Both the position numbers and the translations under genes were made by a program. The notes under the pieces are model-generated. The model had not been told where the DNA came from and did no database searches. It saw nothing but the letters and a program-made list of their open reading frames with translations. Positions 26,598-38,256 of a stretch of 64,000 nucleotides of DNA are shown here, one piece after another; position 1 is the stretch's first letter, and every line of letters starts with the position of its first letter. The DNA comes from Octopus vulgaris (lineage: Eukaryota). The stretch covers positions 12,710,001 to 12,774,000 of the forward strand of contig OX597817.1 of the NCBI GenBank assembly GCA_951406725.2, read 5' to 3'.

Positions 26598-27225
26598 TAC
26601 AGCAAATATTCTGCTAATACCACAAATGACCTTAACCAGTTGAGCATGTCCCCCTGATGCAGTACCAGGCAGTGGCTCTCATGGCTTCTGATCTTAACTG
26701 GGATTGGCACATATGGTTGTGAAGTGTTATCATGATGTACATTGTTTTGTCTTGGTATAAAAGATGGGCTACAGCAAATATTCTGCTCAATACCACAGAT
26801 TTGCTTGTCAGTTGTTTGACCTTAACCAGTTGAGCATGTCCCTTAGTGGCTGATGATATGTCCATCTCTGATCACGAGCAGAAGTAGACGGGGAGCATCA
26901 TAGCCATGTGTTGAGAGGGATTCTTTGGGAGTTTGAATGGTTCACCTCTGGAAACATAGGTGTTTCGTTCAACATCCTAAACAACCCTTATTCAGGGACC
27001 GTTTGAGCAGGATGGGCTACTCAACCAGAAGAAAATTCTAACTGGGCCCCACCCGCAAGGTCATGCGCTGTTTATCTTGATATGAGATCACCATGTCGCG
27101 CACATATGGTTGTGATGCATGTGCCTGGTGTACCTTTATCAGACGGGTAGTCATGATGGGTATATTGGGCTTCGTATATTTTACCCCAGTGTCACTTTGA
27201 TGGCATGAACTGCTCTCTCTCTCTC
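26598..27225 (-). mobile_element. Interspersed element embedded in (TAA)n tracts, possibly derived from the 5' region of R4/Dong
   Basis: Bounded by aat repeats, with an internal duplication (tacagcaaatattctgct...gaccttaaccagttgagcatgtccc twice). The family assignment is inference. Confidence 0.45.
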
Positions 27226-27865
27226 AATAATAATGATAATAATATATGGCACACTAGGCATAACAACAACGTGAACTTCCAACCTGTTGTCTCTTGAGGT
27301 CTCTGGGTGAGACTTGGAGCCAACTTGTACAAACATAAAGCAAAAGTCAAACATAGAATAATAATAATAATAATAATAATAATGTATCTAAATATTAACA
27401 ACAAGTATTAAGGCAGCAAACTGGCAGAATCGTTACAAGGTTGGGCACAAGCGCTTTGCAACATTTCGTCCGTCTTTACGTTCTGAACTCAAATTCCGCC
27501 AAGATCGACTTTGCCTTTCATCTTTTCGGAGCCGATAAAAAAGTACATGAGCACTGGGGTTGATGTAACTGACTTACCCACTCCCTCGAATTTTCTGGCC
27601 TTTCACGAAAAATTTGATACCAGTATTTAGCTTCATTGTTAGTTGTTTATACATTGTTAGTTGTTTATACACCAGAGTCCTTTGGAATGCATTCCAGTTA
27701 AACCACCGATATGAATCTAAATACATATAAATTCCCGCGCGAAAGTCTAAGCATGCTTTCTTTGTTCAACTCTGTATGTCTTTTATGTGTGTTGTTTTGT
27801 TATTTACGTGTTAATATGTATGTTCTAGCCGCAGTAAAAGTAGTAGTTATTTGCTTACAGCCATA

Positions 27866-28619
27866 GAAAATGCTTAGCGGTATTTCGTCTGCGTTACGTT
27901 GTGAGTTCAAATTCCGCCGAGGTCGACTTTGCCTTTCATCCTTTCGGGGTCGATAAATTAAGTACCAGTTACGCACTGGGGTCGATGTAATCGACTTAAT
28001 ACCTATGTCTGTCCTTGTTTGTCCCCTCTGTGTTTAGCCCCTTGTGGGTAATAAAGAAATAGGTATTTCGTCTGCCGTTACGTTGTGAGTTCGAATTCCG
28101 CCGAGGTCGACTTTGCCTTCCATCCTTTCGGGGTCGATAAATTAAGTACCAGTTACGCACTGGGGTCGATGTAATCGACTTAATACCTATGTCTGTCCTT
28201 GTTTGTCCCCTCTGTGTTTAGCCCCTTGTGGGTAATAAAGAAATAAAAATAGGTATTTCGTCTGCCGTTACGTTGTGAGTTCGAATTCCGCCGAGGTCGA
28301 CTTTGCCTTCCATCCTTTCGGGGTCGATAAATTAAGTACCAGTTACGCACTGGGGTCGATATAATCGACTTAATACCTATGTCTGCCCTTGTTTGTCCCC
28401 TCTGTGTTTAGCCCCTTGTGGGTAATAAAGAAATAGATATTTCGTCTGCCGTTACGTTCTGAGTTTAAATTCCGCCGAGGTCGACTTTGCCTTTCATCCT
28501 TTCGGGGTCGATAAATTAAGTACCAGTTACACACTAGGGTCGATGTAATTGACTTAATCCGTTTGTCTGTCCTTATTTGTCTCCTCTATGTTTAGCCCCT
28601 GGTGGGCAGTAAAGAAATA
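27866..28619 (+). mobile_element. Tetramer of SINE family B bounded by one TSD
   Basis: Four bodies joined at aaagaaata-ggtatttcgtc. 18-bp TSD tatttgcttacagccata at 27848-27865 and 28620-28637. Confidence 0.92.
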
Positions 28620-28885
28620 TATTTGCTTACAGCCATACCACACTGGTAAAGTAAAATGAGGTTGTCGCCTGTCTGTCGTTCAAGTTGAGCTGGTCAATGA
28701 AGAGATATTTCGTTGGCTGCGTGAATAATAACTGAAACAACTCGCAAATATTTAATTGTTTATTGCCCGACAAAAATTTGCCGACTGAGAGAGAGACAAA
28801 CTATTTTGAAATTATCGAAAGCTATCTGTGTAACAATATACGAAGCCAGCCGCGTAAATCTCTGTGGTGACAGAGGTTCCTGGTT

Positions 28886-29164
28886 ATTTTATTACTACCC
28901 ACAAGGGGCGAACATAGAGGGGACAAAACAATCTGATTTGGGGTCAGACATACGGATGGTTTTTACACAAAATCGGATTAAAAAAATATCATGAAATTAC
29001 AAGAATACACACAAAATCGAATGATGGAATAGACCGGAAGACATTACAGATGGAGTGGGTGCGGGTTCAGCTCGGACCCCACGAGCCCCGCCTACAGCTG
29101 TACTCTTCGTGTACCTGACAACAGCTGTTCGGCATAAACCCACACCTCAGACACGTCCGGACAA
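28886..29164 (-). mobile_element. 5'-truncated L1/Tx1-like LINE 3' end sharing the SINE-B tail
   Basis: 18-bp TSD tgacagaggttcctggtt (28868-28885 and 29165-29182). Minus-strand peptide CPDVSEVW (like the zf-RVT CP.V..VW motif). Tail tgtcccctctatgttcgccccttgtgggtagtaataaaat. Confidence 0.6.
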
Positions 29165-29966
29165 TGACAGAGGTTCCTGGTTGTCTGCCTTTAGCCGTCT
29201 ACTCCCTAAACTGCACGCCAAACGGTTTTTATAGGGAACTGGAAGCGAAATTCTAGAACGTTCGAGAAAACCATACCATGCCACAGCCTTACACTAATTG
29301 GTCGATTAATATACCGATCACGTGAAACTGTAGATGTTCTATCGTGGTGTCTGACCGATAATCTAGCCGCTGAGGTTTCGAATCAACTCTACAAGATTAT
29401 TAATTACACCACTATTTTTTTTTTTTTTTTTTGGTGGGGGAGCTTATTATCTGAACTAAAGGAAATAATGACCCCGTCACTACTTTTCCAAATTACACCT
29501 ATGCATACAAATACATCTTTACCACCAAATCACTACGAGTATGCTAACTTTAAGACATTATTTTTAAAGATCTTTGGTTTTTGGCACATATATCCGCTTA
29601 AGAAAAAAAGACAATCCGGAAAAATACAAAAATAGACTTTGGTATCCTGAGTAAGTGGGACGAATATGTAAACGCTTAAAAATCACTAACTAAATAATCT
29701 GTTAAATAACCATTAGGGATCTGAGGAATTTCAACCATGTTTCGTGGTCTGCTACCACAACAGCTCCTTTATAGGATCCAGTTAGCTCAAGACATCATCA
29801 GGAGGAATCACGTCCGGTTTCGGCCCCTACTCCTCTACCGTTTTGACGTGGGGCCCCCCCCGCCCCCCGCTTTCGGAGGTGTCTTCAGCTCTGGTGTTGA
29901 GTGCATGTCTTCTTTCTCCTTCTTTCTTCTTTTCCCTGGCCTCATCGAATTTTATATACAGTTCAC

Positions 29967-30720
29967 GGTACTTTTTGGTTATCTCACCCCCATTAAAAGA
30001 AATTACCATTAAAAAATGGGGTAATCTCCCCACTAAAAGCTTGGGTTATCTTCTCTCAAGTGAAATTTATATGTCTTATCTTAAACACATATCAAATATC
30101 AAATTTTGTGAACTATTAACTATAACAAATATCAAATTTTGTGAACATGACCTTGAAATGAAAGCCAATTGCATTGTGGACTGGAATAACTATTTGAGAG
30201 AAGTTTGTGCTGCACACATTCTGGCTAACCCAAGAGTGATCGGAGGACACAACATGACTGCTGGAATCGACAAAAATATGTCCACTAAAAGAAAAAAATT
30301 GCGTCGGACGTCAAGTACCTCAACAATGGGTTTTTGGAGGTATTTGTAGAGAAACAAAAGCATGTTTCATGTTTGTTGTCCCTGACAGGTCTGCGACAAC
30401 ACTTCTTCCAATAATAGAAGATAAAAGAAGACCGGGTACTACCATCATAAGTAACGAATGTTCAGCATATAAAAATATAATTAATATTGGTCCTTTTCAA
30501 CATCTCACTGTGAATCCTTCTCTACACTTTGTCAATCCTACGAATGGAGCTCACACCCAAAATATTGAAAGACTTTGGAAGAGTGCTAAAGAAAAAAATA
30601 AAAGACAAAATGGTACTCACAGAGTTTATGTGGCGACATAGGATTGGATTAAAAGAGTTAGATCCTTTTGATTCAATACTTCAAAACATTGTTGACGTTT
30701 GGCCTCCTCAATATGCCTTC
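29967..30720 (+). pseudogene. Merlin (IS1016/ISXO2-like) transposon terminus and degraded transposase
   Basis: GGTAC terminus. Peptides DWNNYLREVC, IGGHNMTAGID, QWVFGGICRET, VPDRSATTLLPII, PGTTIIS, HLTVNPS.HFV.P..GAHTQNIERLW and EFMWR, with frameshifts. Confidence 0.88.
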
Positions 30721-30817
30721 AATAAGATGTTTAATCTTACTTTTTATATGATTTGTTATAAAAATATTATCCCATTCAATACGATGTTTCATCTTTTATC
30801 TTTTCATGTTTATTTTG

Positions 30818-30853
<36 letters not shown>

Positions 30854-30978
30854 AATTGAGATAGGGGTTGTAAATGCAACCCTCCATGGGATAGCATATA
30901 TCCAATATACTGCTAGTGAAGTACCCAACAAAGTTAATACATAAATGTTAATGATTGCGATGCAATCAATTCAATTAC

Positions 30979-31214
30979 GTCTAACACACGTGGACATGCC
31001 TACAAAGTCAGAAAACAACACAGCTCCCATGACTTTCGGAAACATTTTTTCACGCTCAGAGTTGCTGAAGCATGGAATAAACTGCCTGCGTCAGTTGTTG
31101 ACTGCCATGACACTGCATCTTTTAAGGCCCTCATGCTTTCCGAAATCCGCCGAAACTACACCTGATTATATATACACTTTAGATGAGTTGTAGTGCACCT
31201 GAGCACTGTACACA

Positions 31215-31242
<28 letters not shown>
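30979..31242 (+). mobile_element. 5'-truncated 3' end of the CR1 LINE family at 40557-42862
   Basis: Near-identical to 42592-42862, with a (TTA)n tail. Confidence 0.92.
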
Positions 31243-31245
<3 letters not shown>

Positions 31246-31341
31246 GGGCAAAGGTAAAATGATTTACCACAAATTACTAATACAAGATAAGAAAATGGAG
31301 AAATAAATTTGATTTAGATGTATTTCTCCATTTTCTTATCT

Positions 31342-31386
<45 letters not shown>

Positions 31387-32600
31387 CTACATACATGTAT
31401 ACATACATTTACGTATGTATATAGCTTTATATTTATATATTTGTATACATGTAGGCATTTTTATTTATGTGTGTGTATATGTGCCTATATGTATGATTTA
31501 TATATATAAGGTTGATTTATGATTTATAAGCATGATTTATGCTTTCTTTTTTTGGTAAGGAGAATATTGTCTCCAGATTTTAATAGCTAGGGAGATTTTA
31601 AATACTAACCAGCTTTTCAACGTCGTCAATCACCAACGCTGGTCTGTGTATGTATGTATGTGTGTGTGTGTATGTATGGATGGACGGCCATCATGTATGT
31701 ATGTATACGTATGTTTGTATATCTGTATAAGTATACACCCACACCTTTTATCATCATTGCTTCTTTTCTTGACGTTTCTGTTGAAGTTGTTCTTGTAAAT
31801 TTTGTCATACTTCAATTCGTTCTTACTTTCATTTTCTTTCATTTCTTTCGTTTTTCTTTTATCTCCCTCGGGAATTCGTTGACAAGCTTCTTTCATTTAC
31901 TTTCTTTGTTTCTTTTAAATTTATTTAAGGTACACCCACGTATTTTTTTTTTCCTCGTCTGGCTTGTGGGCCGCTTAAACTCATATAGTGGCTTCATGCA
32001 GGCATAGCGTGGATTCGATCCTCGATCGCCAAATTTCACTTAACAGCACAACAGACTTTTCTCATAGAGAAACATTAAGTTGCCAGCAGTTACATTTGCC
32101 AGATGCCTTCGCTAGGCGGCATAATATCTTTGCCACTTGACCCCTGCTAACCTTTTGTCTGCAGTGGAGAGTTAAACTGACAGAACAATAGACCTCCCAA
32201 AATACCCATTGTTTGGATAACGGTATGTCTCTCTTTCTTGCAATCTAGCGATAATTATATATACAGAAGATTCCCAAGCAAAGATTATGCCGCCTCCCTC
32301 CTTTAACAAGGATAAGAAGGCGTCATTTTTCTGCATAGTAGTCGTATTGAAAGAGAGAGTATGGGTGACGCGTGGGAGAGGAATTGAGACAGGGACCTTA
32401 TCTCCGGAGACACGGATTGGTTAGTTTTTTTTAACTACCACCTGTCCAGAAATATCAGTCAGGAGAAAGGGTTTCTGCCTCGAAGAATGTTTGAGAAAAG
32501 ATGGACAAATGTCGTAAGGAAGATGAGAGTGAATGGGGCCGCGCTAGTGTAGCCGGTCTGAACGGGGAAAAAAGTAAAAAAAAAACGGAAGAAAAGAATA

Positions 32601-33010
32601 TAGGCGCAGGAGTGGCTGTGTGGTAAGTAGCTTGTTTACCAACCACATGGTTCCGGGTTCAGTCCCACTGCGTGGCACCTTGGGCAAGTGTCTTCTACTA
32701 TAGTCTCGGGCCGACCAAAGCCTTGTGAGTGGATTTGGTAGACGGAAACTGAAAGAAGCCCGTCGTGTATATGTATATATATATGCGTGTGTGTGTTTGT
32801 GCGTCTGTGTTTGTCCCCCTAGCATTGCTTCACAACCGATGCTGGTGTGTTTATGTCCCCGTTACTTAGCGGTTCGGCAAAAGAGACCGATAGAATAAGT
32901 ACTGGGCTTACAAAAGAATAAGTCCCGGGGTCGAGTTGCTCGATTAAAGGCGGTGCTCCAGCATGACCGCAGTCAAATGACTGAAACAAGTAAAAGAGAA
33001 AAAAGAGTAT
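32601..33010 (+). mobile_element. SINE family A, full length
   Basis: Homologous to 1115-1500. Confidence 0.9.
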
Positions 33011-33599
33011 AGTATTATAAAAGGTAAAAAAAAGGGAGGGGGAAACCGGCGGGTCGAACACAAACCAGAAAAATATACCATCGTTTAATTTTTATATTCA
33101 TTTCGATTTCATTGTACTGTGTAAATTCATCCGATTTCACTATATTCGATTTTTAGACGAACTTACTAATATATAACCCCAACTCCTAAATGTTTTTTTT
33201 TGTTTTGTCCTTGTGCTGTCCCCTCTATCATGGCCTGTGTACCAAATAAAAGAAATTAATGAGAGCGACTGACCGGCTCAAGCGAAATGCTGTCTCGACT
33301 GAGGTAACTTCGCAGAATGACATCTATGGAATTAACCAACGTAGAAGCTGTCTCGCCCCACACTCTCTCGCTTTCATTTCTCTGTAACATTACCGTCTCT
33401 CTCTATATATATACTACTATGAGATCGTGTACACACATACCGGCCGAAATTAACCCTTTTTACCTCACATGCTTTTCCATTTACGAGTTATACATACCAA
33501 CCCGGCGTGGTTTTGGATATATACAAAGTTACGGCAAATAAATATCTCTTTACAACTTCAATCACCGTTTTTCCATTTTGCATACTGGCAATACATACC

Positions 33600-33941
33600 G
33601 ATACATACATACATACATACATACATACATACATACATACATAATATATACATACATACATACATAATATATACATACATACATACATAATATATACATA
33701 CATACATACATAATATATATACATACATACATACATACATACATACATACATAATATATACATACATACATACATACATACATACATACATACATAATAT
33801 ATACATACATACATAATATATACATACATACATACATATATGCATACATACATACATACATACATAATATATACATACATACATACATATATACATAATA
33901 TATACATACATACATACATAATATATACATACATACATACA

Positions 33942-33972
<31 letters not shown>
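33600..33972. repeat. (TACA)n microsatellite with periodic taatata interruptions
   Basis: Directly visible. Confidence 0.95.
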
Positions 33973-33974
<2 letters not shown>

Positions 33975-34145
33975 TCGTGTGTGTATGTATATGATTACAA
34001 TCAAGGTGCAGAAATGGCGAATTCCGAATGAACAAGGTAAAATAATCGGATGGTAGAAAGAATTCCGCGAATTAGGTACTCCAAAGTCAGTCAGAAGGTC
34101 GGGATCCGTGTGAGCGTTCGGTGTATAGTAAATCCCCCTCCCCCC

Positions 34146-34479
34146 AAGAAGAACGAACGCAAAAAAAAGAAACCCAGCAACGCGAGGACGTGGTATATGT
34201 AAAGTAATAGCAGATGCTCAGGGAAGGAAAGAAAGATAGTTTAACGTTTCGAACAACGCTCTTCTTCAGAAATACAGAAAAGTCCAATAGAGTCCAATGT
34301 GAATCGTTGGCGATTTTCTTCCCCCGTCTTCCTTTCTGCTGGACTTTCCACTGTTTCTGAAGAAGAGCGTCTGCTCGAAACGTTAAACCATCCTTTTTTT
34401 CCTTCCCTGAGCGTCTGCTGATACTTTACATGTACCAAGCCCTCGCGTTGTTGTTTTTCTTTGTGTGTTCGTTCTTCTT
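34146..34479. mobile_element. Fold-back element with two divergent hammerhead-like motifs (Penelope pseudo-LTR-like)
   Basis: 34146-34272 is a diverged reverse complement of 34354-34479. Each arm carries CTGAAGA-A-GAGC..G(C/T)TC-GAAACGTTA. Confidence 0.65.
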
Positions 34480-34884
34480 TTTGGGTATTTATTATGTGTG
34501 TGTGTGCGTGTGCGTATGCGTGTGTATGTGTATGTGTGTGTGTGCGTGCGCGCGTTTGCAGGTGGACTCTTCCCGACTGAACTATCTTCGAAAAACCTTT
34601 CTCAAAAAGAGAATATTTATTAAGATTTAACTCTACAACAAATCTTTAAAATTGCCATGTTTGTTTTGTTTTTTTATTATGAAGATAGTATTTATATTAG
34701 TTCTTAAAATATCTTAAATGTAAATTAATCTCAAGAAACCTTAATAAGATAAGCGTATATAAAGCTCACTTGAAAAAGAGCGATGGCTTTTTTTTATATA
34801 TGGAGATAACCCAAGCTTTTAGTGGGGAGATAACCCCATTTTTTAATTAATTTTTTAATGGGGGTGAGATAACCAAAAAGTACC

Positions 34885-35736
34885 GTTTCTTTGACTCACT
34901 GTCAGCAAAGAAACGGACTGGTCTTTCTGGGGTTTTTTGGTTAATGTCGCAAACTGTCGTAGATCCAACGTTGTATAATTTGCACAATCTTTTCACAGAC
35001 TCACCGCTGTCAAGTTTTTTCAACAGTTCAACTTTTTCTTTTATGGACAACTAGCAGTATCGCCCGGCGTTGCTCGGGTTTGTAAGGGAAATAACTATAT
35101 AAGCATTTTTAGAGATGTAAAGTATAATAGCCATCTCAATATGGCTAACCACAAAGGGGGGGTGCTACTGTAGCTTTTTACGTTCTGAGATTTAATAATA
35201 CATTTTTAGAGAGTTACTTCCCTTATATAATAGCCAAAAAATGCATCAAAAATGGGAAAAAATGATGGTAATTTTTTTTTTAAATCGTAGACTCATCGTA
35301 GACGCGCGCTAATACCCAGAAGGGCTCGATATGAATCACGACTATAAGATACCCGGTTTTGGTTAAACTGCACCGCAAAATGTGGGAGTAGTTAGGAATC
35401 TAAATTGTAGGAGACAGACATCATACAACCTCACTTTTATATATAAAGATGTACGGTGTTTCCGCTTTACACCACGAGAAGTACTTCCTTTATGCTTTGG
35501 AACTCTGGCTAGGTTTAAAAGTGAAAAAAAAAAAAAATAATAATAATAATAATAAAATTAAATGGAAAGGCCTGCCTTTGTTTTCAAATGACGTGAGTGC
35601 GTTTATGCAGCGAGTAACGCCAAGAAATCGTAGCGACCGGTTGGTGCGGCGACCCGGAAAATTTTTAATTATTTGAAATTTTTCTAGCCGAACTTAGTGC
35701 CGGATTACAGGTTGCCGGATTAGTGGCAGTCTACTG
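34885..35736 (-). mobile_element. pogo/Tigger transposon 5' part (TIR plus CENP-B-type HTH), interrupted by a Helitron
   Basis: TA|CAGTAGACTGCC terminus at 35736. Removing 35051-35449 gives GVKRKHRTLSIKEKVELLKKLDSGESVKRLCKLYNVGSTTVCDI. Confidence 0.82.
35051..35449 (-). mobile_element. Non-autonomous Helitron
   Basis: On the minus strand A|TC...hairpin...CTAG|T with no TSD. Confidence 0.92.
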
Positions 35737-37224
35737 TAGCTAAGGCGGCGAGCTGGCAGAAACGTTAGCGCGCCGGGCGAAATGCTTAGCGGTATTTCGT
35801 CTGTCGTTCCGTTGTGAGTTCAAATTCCGCCGAGGTCGACTTTGCCTTTCATCCTTTCGGGGTCGATAAATTAAGTACCAGTTACCCACTGGGGTCGATG
35901 TAATCGACTTGATCCCTTTGTCTGTCCTTGTTTGGCCCCTTGTGGGTAGTAAAGAAATATATAGTTAGACAGACAGATAGATGGATAATGTGAAGGCGCA
36001 TGGCCGAGTGGTTAGGACATTGCACTCACGATTTAGCAATCCCAGCCCAAGTGACACACTGTGCTCTTCAGCAAAGCACTTCATTTCACAAGTTCATTCA
36101 ACTGTAAATGGGTAACCCTGAGACGGACAAGCCTTCCAGACGGGTGGAATGGTGGCCTACTCGCCTAGCCAGCAGGGTGGTACCATACAAAAGCGAAAAC
36201 GATGCAAAGCGCATTGTGTCAAGTTGCAATGTCTGGCCAATCACACGATATCAATATATAGGTTAAGTAGGTAGGTTGTGGAGGTGCGTGGTTTAGTGGT
36301 TAGGGTGTCAGCATCATGATCGTAAGATTGTGGTTTCGATTTCTGGACCGGGCGACGCGTTGTGTTCTTGAGCAAAACACTTGAGTTCACGTTGTAAAGG
36401 CGGCGAGCTGGCAGAACCGTTAGCACGCCGGGCGAAATGCGTAGCCGTATTTCGTCTGCCGTTACGTTCCGAGTTCAAATTCCGCCGAGGTCGACTTTGC
36501 CTTTCGGGGTCAATAAGTTAAGTACCAGTTACGCACTGGGGTCGATGTAATCGACTTAATCCATTTGTCAGTCCTTGTTTGTCCTCTCTGTGTTTTAGCC
36601 TCTTGTAGGTAAGTAAAGAAATAGATAGGTAGCTAGAAGCTAGCTTGCAGGGAGATGAAGACTGTTACACATTCATATCTGTGTATACGTGCATCCCCAC
36701 TCTTGGCACTATTTTGTAGTGAATAGTACAAACTGTGTGTAAAGTATATAATGTATTACTACGCTGTAATGTAGTCGTCCGTGTATCAAGTAATAGTCAA
36801 TAAACACATAAATAATAACAATGGTTTTCAACAGGTTGTCTTTCCCATTAGAACACAAACTACACATAACAAAGACAAACTGATAGATAAACTTCCTTCT
36901 TCCACCCTTCAAACTTCAGTGTTTCTTTTGACTAATTCTTTTACTCGAAAGATGGATTTCCAAGTTTTTCACAAGATGATGTGTACAATTATAGCTGACT
37001 CACATAGAGAAGCAAGAGAAATGTACACACACACACAAACACAAACACACATACATACACACATGCACGTCCATGCATACACTTTACACACATATACACG
37101 CATACACATTCATACATGCACTTACACATATGCGCACATGCGCACAAATACACACGCACGTTCATATACATACAAGCACACACATGAGCTTACACACGCG
37201 CGCACACACACGCACACACAGAAA

Positions 37225-37762
37225 CAGTTACGTGCACACATACACACACATTCGCATACGTACACAAAAACACACGCACGCTCTCAAATTCACAACACAT
37301 TCATCCACACACACACACACACACACTGTTACGCGCACACATACACACACATTCGCATACGTACACAAAAAACGCACATACGCTCTCAAATTCACAACAC
37401 ATTCATCCACACACACACACACACAGTTACGCACACACATACACATACATTCGCATACGTACACAAAAACGCACATACGCTCTCAAATTCACAACACATT
37501 CATCCACACACACACACACACACACACACTGTTACGCGCACACATACACACACATTCGCATACGTACACAAAAACGCACATACGCTCTCAAATTCACAAC
37601 ACATTCATCCACACACACACACACACAGTTACGCACACACATACACATACATTCGCATACGTACACAAAAACGCACATACGCTCTCAAATTCACAACACA
37701 TTCATCTATACACACACTCACACACACACACACACACACAGTTACGCGCACACATACACACA
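37225..37762. repeat. CA-rich minisatellite, ~100-bp unit, about 5 copies
   Basis: gttacg...cattcgcatacgtacacaaaaacgcacatacgctctcaaattcacaacacattcatcc(ac)n recurs at about 37227, 37328, 37426, 37531 and 37628. Confidence 0.9.
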
Positions 37763-38256
37763 AATACACTCTTTTCCGCATACTGTCATGGTTAATTAAC
37801 AAAATACAAGCCTAACGTTTTAAAAATCTCTTCACCTTTTTTAAATTTTAAGATAATATAATCGGCTGATAACTTCGACATTCTAATGCAACAACAGCAG
37901 CAACAACAGCAGCAGCACCCAGCAGCAGCACCAGCAGTACCAGTACCAGGTCATATATAAATACGATATCAAGTTACATTCATTCTTACATTCTGAACAG
38001 ATGACATAATATCGCCTTATAATACAAACTTCTTTAATTCATTTTTGAAAGTTTAGGTCAGTCAAGGGCCAAATGACAGCAGTGGAGTGTGTGAATGATA
38101 TAAGTTCACTCGCAACCACAAGGCCTCATCTTTGATCACATTGCACGGCATTCTGTGTAAGTGTGTATGTTAAGTGTCTTTTTATCTTATCATGTCAATG
38201 AAATTTCGTTGGTGGAAATAGAACAAAAGTTTAGCATATGAGTTACTTTATACAGC

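Noticed and set aside
28640-29408. Possible third solo LTR hosting the L1/Tx1-like insert
   Set aside because: It has a ...TTACA end and a minus-strand TATA-like motif, but I could not find a matching opposite end with a TSD.
31950-32530. Possible LTR plus primer-binding site (TGGCGATCGAGG on the minus strand)
   Set aside because: No CA terminus next to the PBS-like motif and no recognisable gag; too weak to call.
33488-34035. ORFs of repeating MYVC/HTYI type here and at other microsatellites
   Set aside because: Microsatellite translation artefacts.
36781-37815. 344-aa His/Thr-rich ORF
   Set aside because: Translation of a CA-rich minisatellite that lacks stop codons by composition; no domain features.
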